NCBI GenBank assembly: GCA_021513695.1
Contig: CP084166.1
Span: 352,001 to 416,000 of the forward strand
Direction of reading: 5' to 3'
Length of the DNA stretch: 64,000 nucleotides
Source of the DNA: Candidatus Heimdallarchaeum aukensis
Lineage (GTDB): Archaea > Asgardarchaeota > Heimdallarchaeia > Heimdallarchaeales > Heimdallarchaeaceae
Shown here: piece after piece, positions 48,571 to 57,742 of the stretch
Position numbering within the stretch: the first letter of the stretch is position 1
How the letters are laid out: every line of letters starts with the position of its first letter
Made by a program: the position numbers and the translations under genes
Notes under the pieces: generated by a model
Database searches by the model: none
What the model was told of the DNA's origin: nothing
The model's input: the letters and a program-made list of their open reading frames with translations, nothing else

Positions 48571-50699
48571 AAATTCTTTGGATACACATGGAGAATTTTA
48601 AATGCTACCGCAATGAGAGGATTCCAGAAACAGGTATCCTTCCAAAAGGATTGATTTTTGTAGAGGGAGAGAATTCGGTAGGAAAAACTTCTTTGTTTGA
48701 TGCAATATATTACGCTCTTTTTTACGAACCTACAAAGGACAAAGCCATTTTAGGTACAAAAGATATGCTAGTAAAAAGAGGAGAAAAAGAGACTATCGTA
48801 GAAGTTGCTTTTGAAATAATGAATAAATACTTTGTAGTACAAAAGCAACATGGAATATCAACTCCTCTAAAAGTAGTTTTACTTCAAATTGATAGAGAGA
48901 TGGCTGAAAAAGGAGAATTAAAAAATCCCATTAAAATAGCAGAAGGACTAGAGGATGTAAACAAGAAATTGTTTGAACTATTAAATATCACAAGCGAAAG
49001 CGTGTTGAGCACTCTAATAGTAAATCAAGGAGAAGTGCAAAAACTAGCAGAAGCTAAAGGAGCAGAACTTAGAGATATAATTTACAAACTTTTTCATTTA
49101 GATGATATAAGAGAAAAGTTGAAACGTGTGATTAATAGAAAAATGGAGATTTTAGATGAAGAATGGGAAAAATACAAAATTGAGCGCACAACAGAGAATA
49201 TTCTTGAAGAAATTAAAGAAATAGAGATAGAGAAAGAAACGAAAGAGAAAGAGTTAGTAAAAGCAAAAAATGAACTGGAAAAAATAGAAGAGAAAATCTC
49301 TCAATATCCTAAACATGAAGATATTCAATCAATAAGCAATATTTTAACTCAAATACAGCAAACCAAAGAAACTATTTCTAAGCAAGAAAGAATAATTAAA
49401 CAAAAATCTGAAACTTTAGAAATCAAGGAACTAACACAAGAAGAAATAAAGGATAAAATCTTAGAAATAGAGAAGATTATTCAGAAAACTAACAATAACA
49501 TAGAAAATTTAAGAAACAAAAGAGATAAAGTCCAGAAAAAGTTGCATAGTCTCCAAAGAGATCTTGCTGAAATAAAAGAAAAAATCAAGAAACTAGAAAG
49601 TCATGAAGTAGGACATGAAGAAGATTTTACTTGCGAATTATGCGAACAAACGATGCCCTACTCGAAATTTAAGGAATTAGTAGAGAGTAAAAAACAATCA
49701 ATTACAAATATTGAATTAGGGATTAAGAAAAGAACTGCAGAAAAAAGAGAAGTAGAGAAACAAATTGAAAAAGAAAGCAATTATATTAATAAGCTAAAAG
49801 AACAAATTTTTTCACTTAATAATGTCAAAGATAGGCTAGATAATCTAGAGAATAACAAGAAAGAATTGGATAAAAAACAAAATAATTTAATAACACAACT
49901 TAAAAAATTCAAAGTCCAGACAGTTGATCAGCTTTCAAAGAAATATAATGTCGAAAACTTTGAGGAATTCTTTTCAATTATAAGTCAACTGAAATCTGAT
50001 AAAGCTAGTCTAAATGCATCAATAAGTCATCTAAATAAAACTATTGAAAAACTAAAACAAAGGAAAAATCAATTAGAAAAAGAAATAGACAAAAATAAGG
50101 AAAAGGAAGAGAAACAAGAGAGTATTCTTCAAGAACAAGCTGCACTAAAAGATGTAGAAGGTGTAGTTTCAAGTTTTATAGCTGAGGAGCTAATCTCCAA
50201 TAGATTGCTTGCAGGAATACAGCAGACAACTAATCCTAATATAAACTTGTTTACGAGAGGAAAATACTCAGAGATATATCTAGAAGCAACTACAAAGAAA
50301 ACTTTAAGGTTAAGCGTTTTAGACAAAGAAGAAGAATTCGTAAAAAATCAAGAGTTCCTTTCAGGAGGAGATAAAGCAGCTATAGGACTAGGATTGAGAT
50401 TAGGTATAAGCGAATTACTAAAACAAATTAGACCATTCAAAGATTCTCCTCATAATCCTCCAAGGATGGATATAATGATACTTGATGAGCCTTTGGGTTC
50501 ACTTGATAGTGAAAGAAGGAAAAAAGTTCTAGAAGGATTGTTGATACAGAAGAAATTCAGTCAAATATTTCTGATTACACATACAAATGTTAGAGAAGAA
50601 CTTCGAGCTCCTTCAATTCGAGTAAGTAGAACAGAAAAAGGTAGCTCTACAGCCTATTACCCTGCTCCAAGTAAAATAGAGTTAGAATCTGAAGAATGA
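48567..50699 (+). CDS. rad50: Rad50-family SMC-like ATPase (copy 1)
   Basis: 710 aa. Walker A GENSVGKTSLFDAI. Long central coiled coil with a CxxC zinc hook (CELC) near the mid-point (about residue 354). Signature LSGGDKAAIGLGLRL. Walker B IMILDEP. H-loop LITHT. The start overlaps the mre11 stop (ATGA). Confidence 0.8.
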   Translation: MKILWIHMENFKCYRNERIPETGILPKGLIFVEGENSVGKTSLFDAIYYALFYEPTKDKAILGTKDMLVKRGEKETIVEVAFEIMNKYFVVQKQHGISTPLKVVLLQIDREMAEKGELKNPIKIAEGLEDVNKKLFELLNITSESVLSTLIVNQGEVQKLAEAKGAELRDIIYKLFHLDDIREKLKRVINRKMEILDEEWEKYKIERTTENILEEIKEIEIEKETKEKELVKAKNELEKIEEKISQYPKHEDIQSISNILTQIQQTKETISKQERIIKQKSETLEIKELTQEEIKDKILEIEKIIQKTNNNIENLRNKRDKVQKKLHSLQRDLAEIKEKIKKLESHEVGHEEDFTCELCEQTMPYSKFKELVESKKQSITNIELGIKKRTAEKREVEKQIEKESNYINKLKEQIFSLNNVKDRLDNLENNKKELDKKQNNLITQLKKFKVQTVDQLSKKYNVENFEEFFSIISQLKSDKASLNASISHLNKTIEKLKQRKNQLEKEIDKNKEKEEKQESILQEQAALKDVEGVVSSFIAEELISNRLLAGIQQTTNPNINLFTRGKYSEIYLEATTKKTLRLSVLDKEEEFVKNQEFLSGGDKAAIGLGLRLGISELLKQIRPFKDSPHNPPRMDIMILDEPLGSLDSERRKKVLEGLLIQKKFSQIFLITHTNVREELRAPSIRVSRTEKGSSTAYYPAPSKIELESEE

Positions 50700-50775
50700 T
50701 TCTTTTTTCATTATCTTTATCTTTTTTGAGAATAATATTTATATCTAAAAATGGAAATGTTCTCTAGGGTTTGAA

Positions 50776-52146
50776 ATGATACCTGGAACACTTAGACCTT
50801 TACCAAAAAGATTAGCTAAAGTAAAAACAGAAGCTGAAAGGCTTTTTAGAGCAGTGGACTATGATTACGAGACTATTAAAGAAATACTAAAATCTAGTAA
50901 AAATTTTGAATTTGAAGAAATAAGAAGACAATATATTAATTGTATAAATCATCACATAAGAATAGTTCCACTCGTAAAAGAAGCAGATAAATTGTTAGTT
51001 AAATATTCAAGAGATCCACTTCTAAAAGAAATGGTTTTCAAACTATTTGATAAGTTGGAAAAATATGAATACAGATTGAATGGTGATATTCAACGACTTG
51101 ATACTATTTTAATGTCGAAAAGAAAAGAATACATCAATAAAACAATTCCACTAGTGAAATCAGAAATAAGAAGCAAGTTATCTTTCTTAAGAGACCTAGA
51201 TTTTGAGCAATTACTCGCTGACAGTGAAAAATATTCTGCTATTATTTCAGGCATCGTAGATCGTGTAAATATATTAAAAGACGAGTATCAAAAATTAATC
51301 GAAAATGCTCTTGAAAGCGCAGTAGAAGCTTATAAAGAGTTAAAAGAAAAACTAGACGAACTTGAAGATGAACTAAAAGAGTATGTTCTTATTCTTGCTA
51401 CTTGTAAGATGGAATTGCTAATTAACGATTCAAAAACTTTGCTTGAAGAAGGAGTTAAAATATTCGAACGTTTTGAATTAGAACAAACAACTGAACTCAT
51501 AGAAGAAGCACAAGAGTACCTAGAAAAAGCAAAACCAACTCTAAAAGAGATGAATGAATTAAAGGTAGATATTCCTAAAAAAGCAATGAAAAAGAGCTTT
51601 GAAACAAAATTCCGAGAATTAAGAAATAAATTCGAAGAAAATAAATTTACTCTAGATGAATTGATAAACAACATCGAAACTAGAAATAGGTTACTATCGA
51701 CAAATATTGAAAGAATTGATGCATTAAAAGAGCTAGCAAAATCAATGTCGAGTGACATCAAAGAAACAGGAGAAATATTAAAAATAAAAAGAATGGGTAC
51801 ATTTAAACTATACTTGAAAGAAAATCTTATTCCACACATGGAGTTGCAAGAAAATGGTATAGTAAAAATACCAAAGGCAGAAGAACTCACGGCAACTTTT
51901 ATAGATGAAATAATCTTGACTCTTGAAGATGTAGATAATAAAAATATAGTTAAGGACTGGTTCAATGCTTTTAGAGCAACAAAAGTAGGTAAGTGGATAT
52001 ATGAAACTTCAATCAAAATTAAAAATAAAATAGTAGACATAACAAAGAAGATTGTAAAAAAAACTAAAAAATGGATCCAAGAAATGAAAGAAAAAAGAGA
52101 ACAGAAAAAATCGCAAGAAAATCAACAAAAAGAAGAGAAGAAATAG
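50776..52146 (+). CDS. Uncharacterised 456-aa coiled-coil protein (copy 1), co-oriented immediately after rad50
   Basis: Highly charged sequence with heptad-like K/E/L content throughout. No enzymatic motif. Lysine-rich C-terminal tail. Duplicated with mre11-rad50. Confidence 0.6.
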   Translation: MIPGTLRPLPKRLAKVKTEAERLFRAVDYDYETIKEILKSSKNFEFEEIRRQYINCINHHIRIVPLVKEADKLLVKYSRDPLLKEMVFKLFDKLEKYEYRLNGDIQRLDTILMSKRKEYINKTIPLVKSEIRSKLSFLRDLDFEQLLADSEKYSAIISGIVDRVNILKDEYQKLIENALESAVEAYKELKEKLDELEDELKEYVLILATCKMELLINDSKTLLEEGVKIFERFELEQTTELIEEAQEYLEKAKPTLKEMNELKVDIPKKAMKKSFETKFRELRNKFEENKFTLDELINNIETRNRLLSTNIERIDALKELAKSMSSDIKETGEILKIKRMGTFKLYLKENLIPHMELQENGIVKIPKAEELTATFIDEIILTLEDVDNKNIVKDWFNAFRATKVGKWIYETSIKIKNKIVDITKKIVKKTKKWIQEMKEKREQKKSQENQQKEEKK

Positions 52147-52311
52147 CAACATTATGTGATTTTGTGTTTTTGTGTAAAAATTCTCTATTTTTTTGTTAAA
52201 TTTATTACTATATAATAATGAATACAAAAAGAAATTAGGTTGAAATTATATCATTCATTGAATTTTTGAAAAAATTTTTGCCAAAAAAAATAAATATTTA
52301 GTTATATATAT

Positions 52312-52542
52312 GTGGTATGTATTAAAATGACTTCAGATTCATCTTGTTATTGTATTGTAAGAATAACTTGGCCTAAATGGATAGTTGCAACTGGACAGAT
52401 AGCTTTAGGTATTGGAATACTCTTATTGATCATTTTTTCGATCTTTTACACAAAGACAAGTTGGGAAAATTTTTCGCTATACGGAATCTACGTGGGAGCA
52501 GGTTTTTTGCTACTTGGGGCACTAATTAGCTATAGTTACTAA
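52312..52542 (+). CDS. Small 2-TM membrane protein (copy 1). The last 5 codons are replaced by the duplication junction, so it ends ...LISYSY instead of ...LILSSNDW
   Basis: 76 aa, two hydrophobic helices. Its C-terminus reads into the herA 3' fragment at 52528. Confidence 0.4.
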   Translation: MVCIKMTSDSSCYCIVRITWPKWIVATGQIALGIGILLLIIFSIFYTKTSWENFSLYGIYVGAGFLLLGALISYSY

Positions 52543-52687
52543 CTCTTTACGCAATATTCCCATGCCTGTGAAGATACACAATGCACCAGTTTTAATTAAA
52601 GAAAATTTGTCTTTCTTTGAAAATCCTTATGATAGTTTGAAAATAAAAAAAGAAAAAAGGATATCTAAAGATATTCCTCTTCTTTAA
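52528..52687 (+). pseudogene. herA: Orphan herA 3' fragment (last 53 codons plus stop) created by the tandem duplication
   Basis: Identical to 47096..47255. No start codon and no upstream herA body. Confidence 0.8.
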
Positions 52688-52720
52688 TAATAGAATCAAA
52701 AATAATTTGAATGAAAGAAG

Positions 52721-54004
52721 GTGAAATTAGTGGTAAAAATAGCTCATATGTCTGATACTCATTTATCACATAGAAGAGTAAGAAATGTTAGAGATAGTTG
52801 GAAAGAAAGATATAGAGTAAGTTGGATAGAGAATGACTTTTCATTAGCTTTTCAAAGAGCTTTAGATGCAGCTATTGAAACTAAATGTGATTTTCTAGTT
52901 CATTCAGGAGATTTGTTTGATGTTCCTGTAAAAAGAAATACAACTTCACCTTCTGAATATGCAAGAGCTATTGCAATAAGTGAAATAAGAAGATTTTTGG
53001 AAGCTACACATTTTAAAGTACCTATAATTATAATTGATGGAAATCATGGAACTTATCTTTACAGGAATAATAGTACTATAGAATTCATAAAATCAGCTTT
53101 CCCTGAAAATGTGTTTATAGCCACAAATTATGACCTTAAACGAGCAATAGTAAAAAATGAACCTTTGAAAGTAGAGTTTGAAGAGATTAACTTTTATCTG
53201 TTTCCTTATTTAGAATTCAAATCTATGGCTAATTATGAAGAACTCTATGATGAATGGATAAGTAAATGCCAAGAGCCTGAAGACGGAAAAATTAATGTTG
53301 CAGTAGCTCACGGAATGTTTAGGAATTTGGATTTGCATGAAAAATTATTCTCTTTTCCTTATGATTATGTAGCTTTAGGACACGATCACCAACAAAGAAA
53401 ATATGCTCCAAACGCTTGGCAAGCAGGAAGTACAGAAAAATATACCTTTGCTGAAAGAGGACAAGAAAAAGGTATTTTAGAAGTTATTATTGAGAAAGGA
53501 AAAAATTTACACATTAATCCAATAAAGGTTGTTAGCCAAAGAGAAATGAAACAATTCGAAGTAGAATTAAGTTCAGACATGAGTGCATTAACTGTAGAAG
53601 AAAAAATAAGAGAACTTGTAGCAAGTTATAGAAAGAACTTTGATGGAAACACAGCTGCGAGAATAAAAGTTAAGTTACAAGGAAAAACTTCTCTCTCCTA
53701 CTGGTGGACAATAGAAGATCGTTTAGTAGAAATACAGAAAAATGTTCTAACTGAAGAATATAACATCCTAGAATTTAGATGGGATGAAGAAGAGTTAAAG
53801 AAATCTATACCTCAAAGCCTAGCCAAAACACCACAAATGGATCAATACCTAATTGAAGATCCAGTCAGGGATTTTGTAAATTATTTGAAAAACTTAGAAA
53901 TAGATGATGAAGTAAAATTTGAACAATATGCAAAACTAGGACCAGAAATAATTAAAGAGGTTTTTAGTGAAGGATTTATTTCTTCAAAGGAGGAGTTAGA
54001 ATGA
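52721..54004 (+). CDS. mre11: Mre11 nuclease (calcineurin-like phosphoesterase), intact copy
   Basis: 427 aa, uninterrupted. Motifs I-V: HMSDTHLSH, DFLVHSGDLFD, IIDGNHG, VAVAHG, ALGHDHQ. The C-terminal capping/DNA-binding domain is present. Confidence 0.85.
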   Translation: MKLVVKIAHMSDTHLSHRRVRNVRDSWKERYRVSWIENDFSLAFQRALDAAIETKCDFLVHSGDLFDVPVKRNTTSPSEYARAIAISEIRRFLEATHFKVPIIIIDGNHGTYLYRNNSTIEFIKSAFPENVFIATNYDLKRAIVKNEPLKVEFEEINFYLFPYLEFKSMANYEELYDEWISKCQEPEDGKINVAVAHGMFRNLDLHEKLFSFPYDYVALGHDHQQRKYAPNAWQAGSTEKYTFAERGQEKGILEVIIEKGKNLHINPIKVVSQREMKQFEVELSSDMSALTVEEKIRELVASYRKNFDGNTAARIKVKLQGKTSLSYWWTIEDRLVEIQKNVLTEEYNILEFRWDEEELKKSIPQSLAKTPQMDQYLIEDPVRDFVNYLKNLEIDDEVKFEQYAKLGPEIIKEVFSEGFISSKEELE

Positions 54005-56130
54005 AAATTCTTTGGATACACATGGAGAATTTTAAATGCTACCGCAATGAGAGGATTCCAGAAACAGGTATCCTTCCAAAAGGATTGATTTTTGTAGAGG
54101 GAGAGAATTCGGTAGGAAAAACTTCTTTGTTTGATGCAATATATTACGCTCTTTTTTACGAACCTACAAAGGACAAAGCCATTTTAGGTACAAAAGATAT
54201 GCTAGTAAAAAGAGGAGAAAAAGAGACTATCGTAGAAGTTGCTTTTGAAATAATGAATAAATACTTTGTAGTACAAAAGCAACATGGAATATCAACTCCT
54301 CTAAAAGTAGTTTTACTTCAAATTGATAGAGAGATGGCTGAAAAAGGAGAATTAAAAAATCCCATTAAAATAGCAGAAGGACTAGAGGATGTAAACAAGA
54401 AATTGTTTGAACTATTAAATATCACAAGCGAAAGCGTGTTGAGCACTCTAATAGTAAATCAAGGAGAAGTGCAAAAACTAGCAGAAGCTAAAGGAGCAGA
54501 ACTTAGAGATATAATTTACAAACTTTTTCATTTAGATATAAGAGAAAAGTTGAAACGTGTGATTAATAGAAAAATGGAGATTTTAGATGAAGAATGGGAA
54601 AAATACAAAATTGAGCGCACAACAGAGAATATTCTTGAAGAAATTAAAGAAATAGAGATAGAGAAAGAAACGAAAGAGAAAGAGTTAGTAAAAGCAAAAA
54701 ATGAACTGGAAAAAATAGAAGAGAAAATCTCTCAATATCCTAAACATGAAGATATTCAATCAATAAGCAATATTTTAACTCAAATACAGCAAACCAAAGA
54801 AACTATTTCTAAGCAAGAAAGAATAATTAAACAAAAATCTGAAACTTTAGAAATCAAGGAACTAACACAAGAAGAAATAAAGGATAAAATCTTAGAAATA
54901 GAGAAGATTATTCAGAAAACTAACAATAACATAGAAAATTTAAGAAACAAAAGAGATAAAGTCCAGAAAAAGTTGCATAGTCTCCAAAGAGATCTTGCTG
55001 AAATAAAAGAAAAAATCAAGAAACTAGAAAGTCATGAAGTAGGACATGAAGAAGATTTTACTTGCGAATTATGCGAACAAACGATGCCCTACTCGAAATT
55101 TAAGGAATTAGTAGAGAGTAAAAAACAATCAATTACAAATATTGAATTAGGGATTAAGAAAAGAACTGCAGAAAAAAGAGAAGTAGAGAAACAAATTGAA
55201 AAAGAAAGCAATTATATTAATAAGCTAAAAGAACAAATTTTTTCACTTAATAATGTCAAAGATAGGCTAGATAATCTAGAGAATAACAAGAAAGAATTGG
55301 ATAAAAAACAAAATAATTTAATAACACAACTTAAAAAATTCAAAGTCCAGACAGTTGATCAGCTTTCAAAGAAATATAATGTCGAAAACTTTGAGGAATT
55401 CTTTTCAATTATAAGTCAACTGAAATCTGATAAAGCTAGTCTAAATGCATCAATAAGTCATCTAAATAAAACTATTGAAAAACTAAAACAAAGGAAAAAT
55501 CAATTAGAAAAAGAAATAGACAAAAATAAGGAAAAGGAAGAGAAACAAGAGAGTATTCTTCAAGAACAAGCTGCACTAAAAGATGTAGAAGGTGTAGTTT
55601 CAAGTTTTATAGCTGAGGAGCTAATCTCCAATAGATTGCTTGCAGGAATACAGCAGACAACTAATCCTAATATAAACTTGTTTACGAGAGGAAAATACTC
55701 AGAGATATATCTAGAAGCAACTACAAAGAAAACTTTAAGGTTAAGCGTTTTAGACAAAGAAGAAGAATTCGTAAAAAATCAAGAGTTCCTTTCAGGAGGA
55801 GATAAAGCAGCTATAGGACTAGGATTGAGATTAGGTATAAGCGAATTACTAAAACAAATTAGACCATTCAAAGATTCTCCTCATAATCCTCCAAGGATGG
55901 ATATAATGATACTTGATGAGCCTTTGGGTTCACTTGATAGTGAAAGAAGGAAAAAAGTTCTAGAAGGATTGTTGATACAGAAGAAATTCAGTCAAATATT
56001 TCTGATTACACATACAAATGTTAGAGAAGAACTTCGAGCTCCTTCAATTCGAGTAAGTAGAACAGAAAAAGGTAGCTCTACAGCCTATTACCCTGCTCCA
56101 AGTAAAATAGAGTTAGAATCTGAAGAATGA
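54001..56130 (+). CDS. rad50: Rad50-family ATPase (copy 2; one Asp codon shorter, HLDIREK instead of HLDDIREK)
   Basis: 709 aa. Identical to copy 1 except for the in-frame 3-nt deletion. Confidence 0.8.
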   Translation: MKILWIHMENFKCYRNERIPETGILPKGLIFVEGENSVGKTSLFDAIYYALFYEPTKDKAILGTKDMLVKRGEKETIVEVAFEIMNKYFVVQKQHGISTPLKVVLLQIDREMAEKGELKNPIKIAEGLEDVNKKLFELLNITSESVLSTLIVNQGEVQKLAEAKGAELRDIIYKLFHLDIREKLKRVINRKMEILDEEWEKYKIERTTENILEEIKEIEIEKETKEKELVKAKNELEKIEEKISQYPKHEDIQSISNILTQIQQTKETISKQERIIKQKSETLEIKELTQEEIKDKILEIEKIIQKTNNNIENLRNKRDKVQKKLHSLQRDLAEIKEKIKKLESHEVGHEEDFTCELCEQTMPYSKFKELVESKKQSITNIELGIKKRTAEKREVEKQIEKESNYINKLKEQIFSLNNVKDRLDNLENNKKELDKKQNNLITQLKKFKVQTVDQLSKKYNVENFEEFFSIISQLKSDKASLNASISHLNKTIEKLKQRKNQLEKEIDKNKEKEEKQESILQEQAALKDVEGVVSSFIAEELISNRLLAGIQQTTNPNINLFTRGKYSEIYLEATTKKTLRLSVLDKEEEFVKNQEFLSGGDKAAIGLGLRLGISELLKQIRPFKDSPHNPPRMDIMILDEPLGSLDSERRKKVLEGLLIQKKFSQIFLITHTNVREELRAPSIRVSRTEKGSSTAYYPAPSKIELESEE

Positions 56131-56206
56131 TTCTTTTTTCATTATCTTTATCTTTTTTGAGAATAATATTTATATCTAAAAATGGAAATGTTCTCTAGGG
56201 TTTGAA

Positions 56207-57577
56207 ATGATACCTGGAACACTTAGACCTTTACCAAAAAGATTAGCTAAAGTAAAAACAGAAGCTGAAAGGCTTTTTAGAGCAGTGGACTATGATTACG
56301 AGACTATTAAAGAAATACTAAAATCTAGTAAAAATTTTGAATTTGAAGAAATAAGAAGACAATATATTAATTGTATAAATCATCACATAAGAATAGTTCC
56401 ACTCGTAAAAGAAGCAGATAAATTGTTAGTTAAATATTCAAGAGATCCACTTCTAAAAGAAATGGTTTTCAAACTATTTGATAAGTTGGAAAAATATGAA
56501 TACAGATTGAATGGTGATATTCAACGACTTGATACTATTTTAATGTCGAAAAGAAAAGAATACATCAATAAAACAATTCCACTAGTGAAATCAGAAATAA
56601 GAAGCAAGTTATCTTTCTTAAGAGACCTAGATTTTGAGCAATTACTCGCTGACAGTGAAAAATATTCTGCTATTATTTCAGGCATCGTAGATCGTGTAAA
56701 TATATTAAAAGACGAGTATCAAAAATTAATCGAAAATGCTCTTGAAAGCGCAGTAGAAGCTTATAAAGAGTTAAAAGAAAAACTAGACGAACTTGAAGAT
56801 GAACTAAAAGAGTATGTTCTTATTCTTGCTACTTGTAAGATGGAATTGCTAATTAACGATTCAAAAACTTTGCTTGAAGAAGGAGTTAAAATATTCGAAC
56901 GTTTTGAATTAGAACAAACAACTGAACTCATAGAAGAAGCACAAGAGTACCTAGAAAAAGCAAAACCAACTCTAAAAGAGATGAATGAATTAAAGGTAGA
57001 TATTCCTAAAAAAGCAATGAAAAAGAGCTTTGAAACAAAATTCCGAGAATTAAGAAATAAATTCGAAGAAAATAAATTTACTCTAGATGAATTGATAAAC
57101 AACATCGAAACTAGAAATAGGTTACTATCGACAAATATTGAAAGAATTGATGCATTAAAAGAGCTAGCAAAATCAATGTCGAGTGACATCAAAGAAACAG
57201 GAGAAATATTAAAAATAAAAAGAATGGGTACATTTAAACTATACTTGAAAGAAAATCTTATTCCACACATGGAGTTGCAAGAAAATGGTATAGTAAAAAT
57301 ACCAAAGGCAGAAGAACTCACGGCAACTTTTATAGATGAAATAATCTTGACTCTTGAAGATGTAGATAATAAAAATATAGTTAAGGACTGGTTCAATGCT
57401 TTTAGAGCAACAAAAGTAGGTAAGTGGATATATGAAACTTCAATCAAAATTAAAAATAAAATAGTAGACATAACAAAGAAGATTGTAAAAAAAACTAAAA
57501 AATGGATCCAAGAAATGAAAGAAAAAAGAGAACAGAAAAAATCGCAAGAAAATCAACAAAAAGAAGAGAAGAAATAG
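56207..57577 (+). CDS. Uncharacterised 456-aa coiled-coil protein (copy 2)
   Basis: Identical to 50776..52146. Confidence 0.6.
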   Translation: MIPGTLRPLPKRLAKVKTEAERLFRAVDYDYETIKEILKSSKNFEFEEIRRQYINCINHHIRIVPLVKEADKLLVKYSRDPLLKEMVFKLFDKLEKYEYRLNGDIQRLDTILMSKRKEYINKTIPLVKSEIRSKLSFLRDLDFEQLLADSEKYSAIISGIVDRVNILKDEYQKLIENALESAVEAYKELKEKLDELEDELKEYVLILATCKMELLINDSKTLLEEGVKIFERFELEQTTELIEEAQEYLEKAKPTLKEMNELKVDIPKKAMKKSFETKFRELRNKFEENKFTLDELINNIETRNRLLSTNIERIDALKELAKSMSSDIKETGEILKIKRMGTFKLYLKENLIPHMELQENGIVKIPKAEELTATFIDEIILTLEDVDNKNIVKDWFNAFRATKVGKWIYETSIKIKNKIVDITKKIVKKTKKWIQEMKEKREQKKSQENQQKEEKK

Positions 57578-57742
57578 CAACATTATGTGATTTTGTGTTT
57601 TTGTGTAAAAATTCTCTATTTTTTTGTTAAATTTATTACTATATAATAATGAATACAAAAAGAAATTAGGTTGAAATTATATCATTCATTGAATTTTTGA
57701 AAAAATTTTTGCCAAAAAAAATAAATATTTAGTTATATATAT

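Larger units (their letters stand above)
47096..52527 (+). repeat. Copy 1 of a 5.43-kb head-to-tail tandem duplication (herA 3' end, mre11, rad50, coiled-coil gene, mini-TM gene)
   Basis: The sequence from 47096 recurs from 52528 with a constant offset of 5432 to 5434 to 5431. The only differences I found are a 2-nt indel near 48036 versus 53470, and a 3-nt indel near 49101 versus 54535. Confidence 0.9.

Noticed and set aside
51330-52040. 236-aa Ser/Phe/Leu-rich ORF on the minus strand (also at 56761..57471), antisense to the coiled-coil gene
   Set aside because: It is a low-complexity antisense shadow of a Lys/Glu/Leu-rich coding frame. It has no plausible start context and is fully contained within a much better ORF on the other strand.
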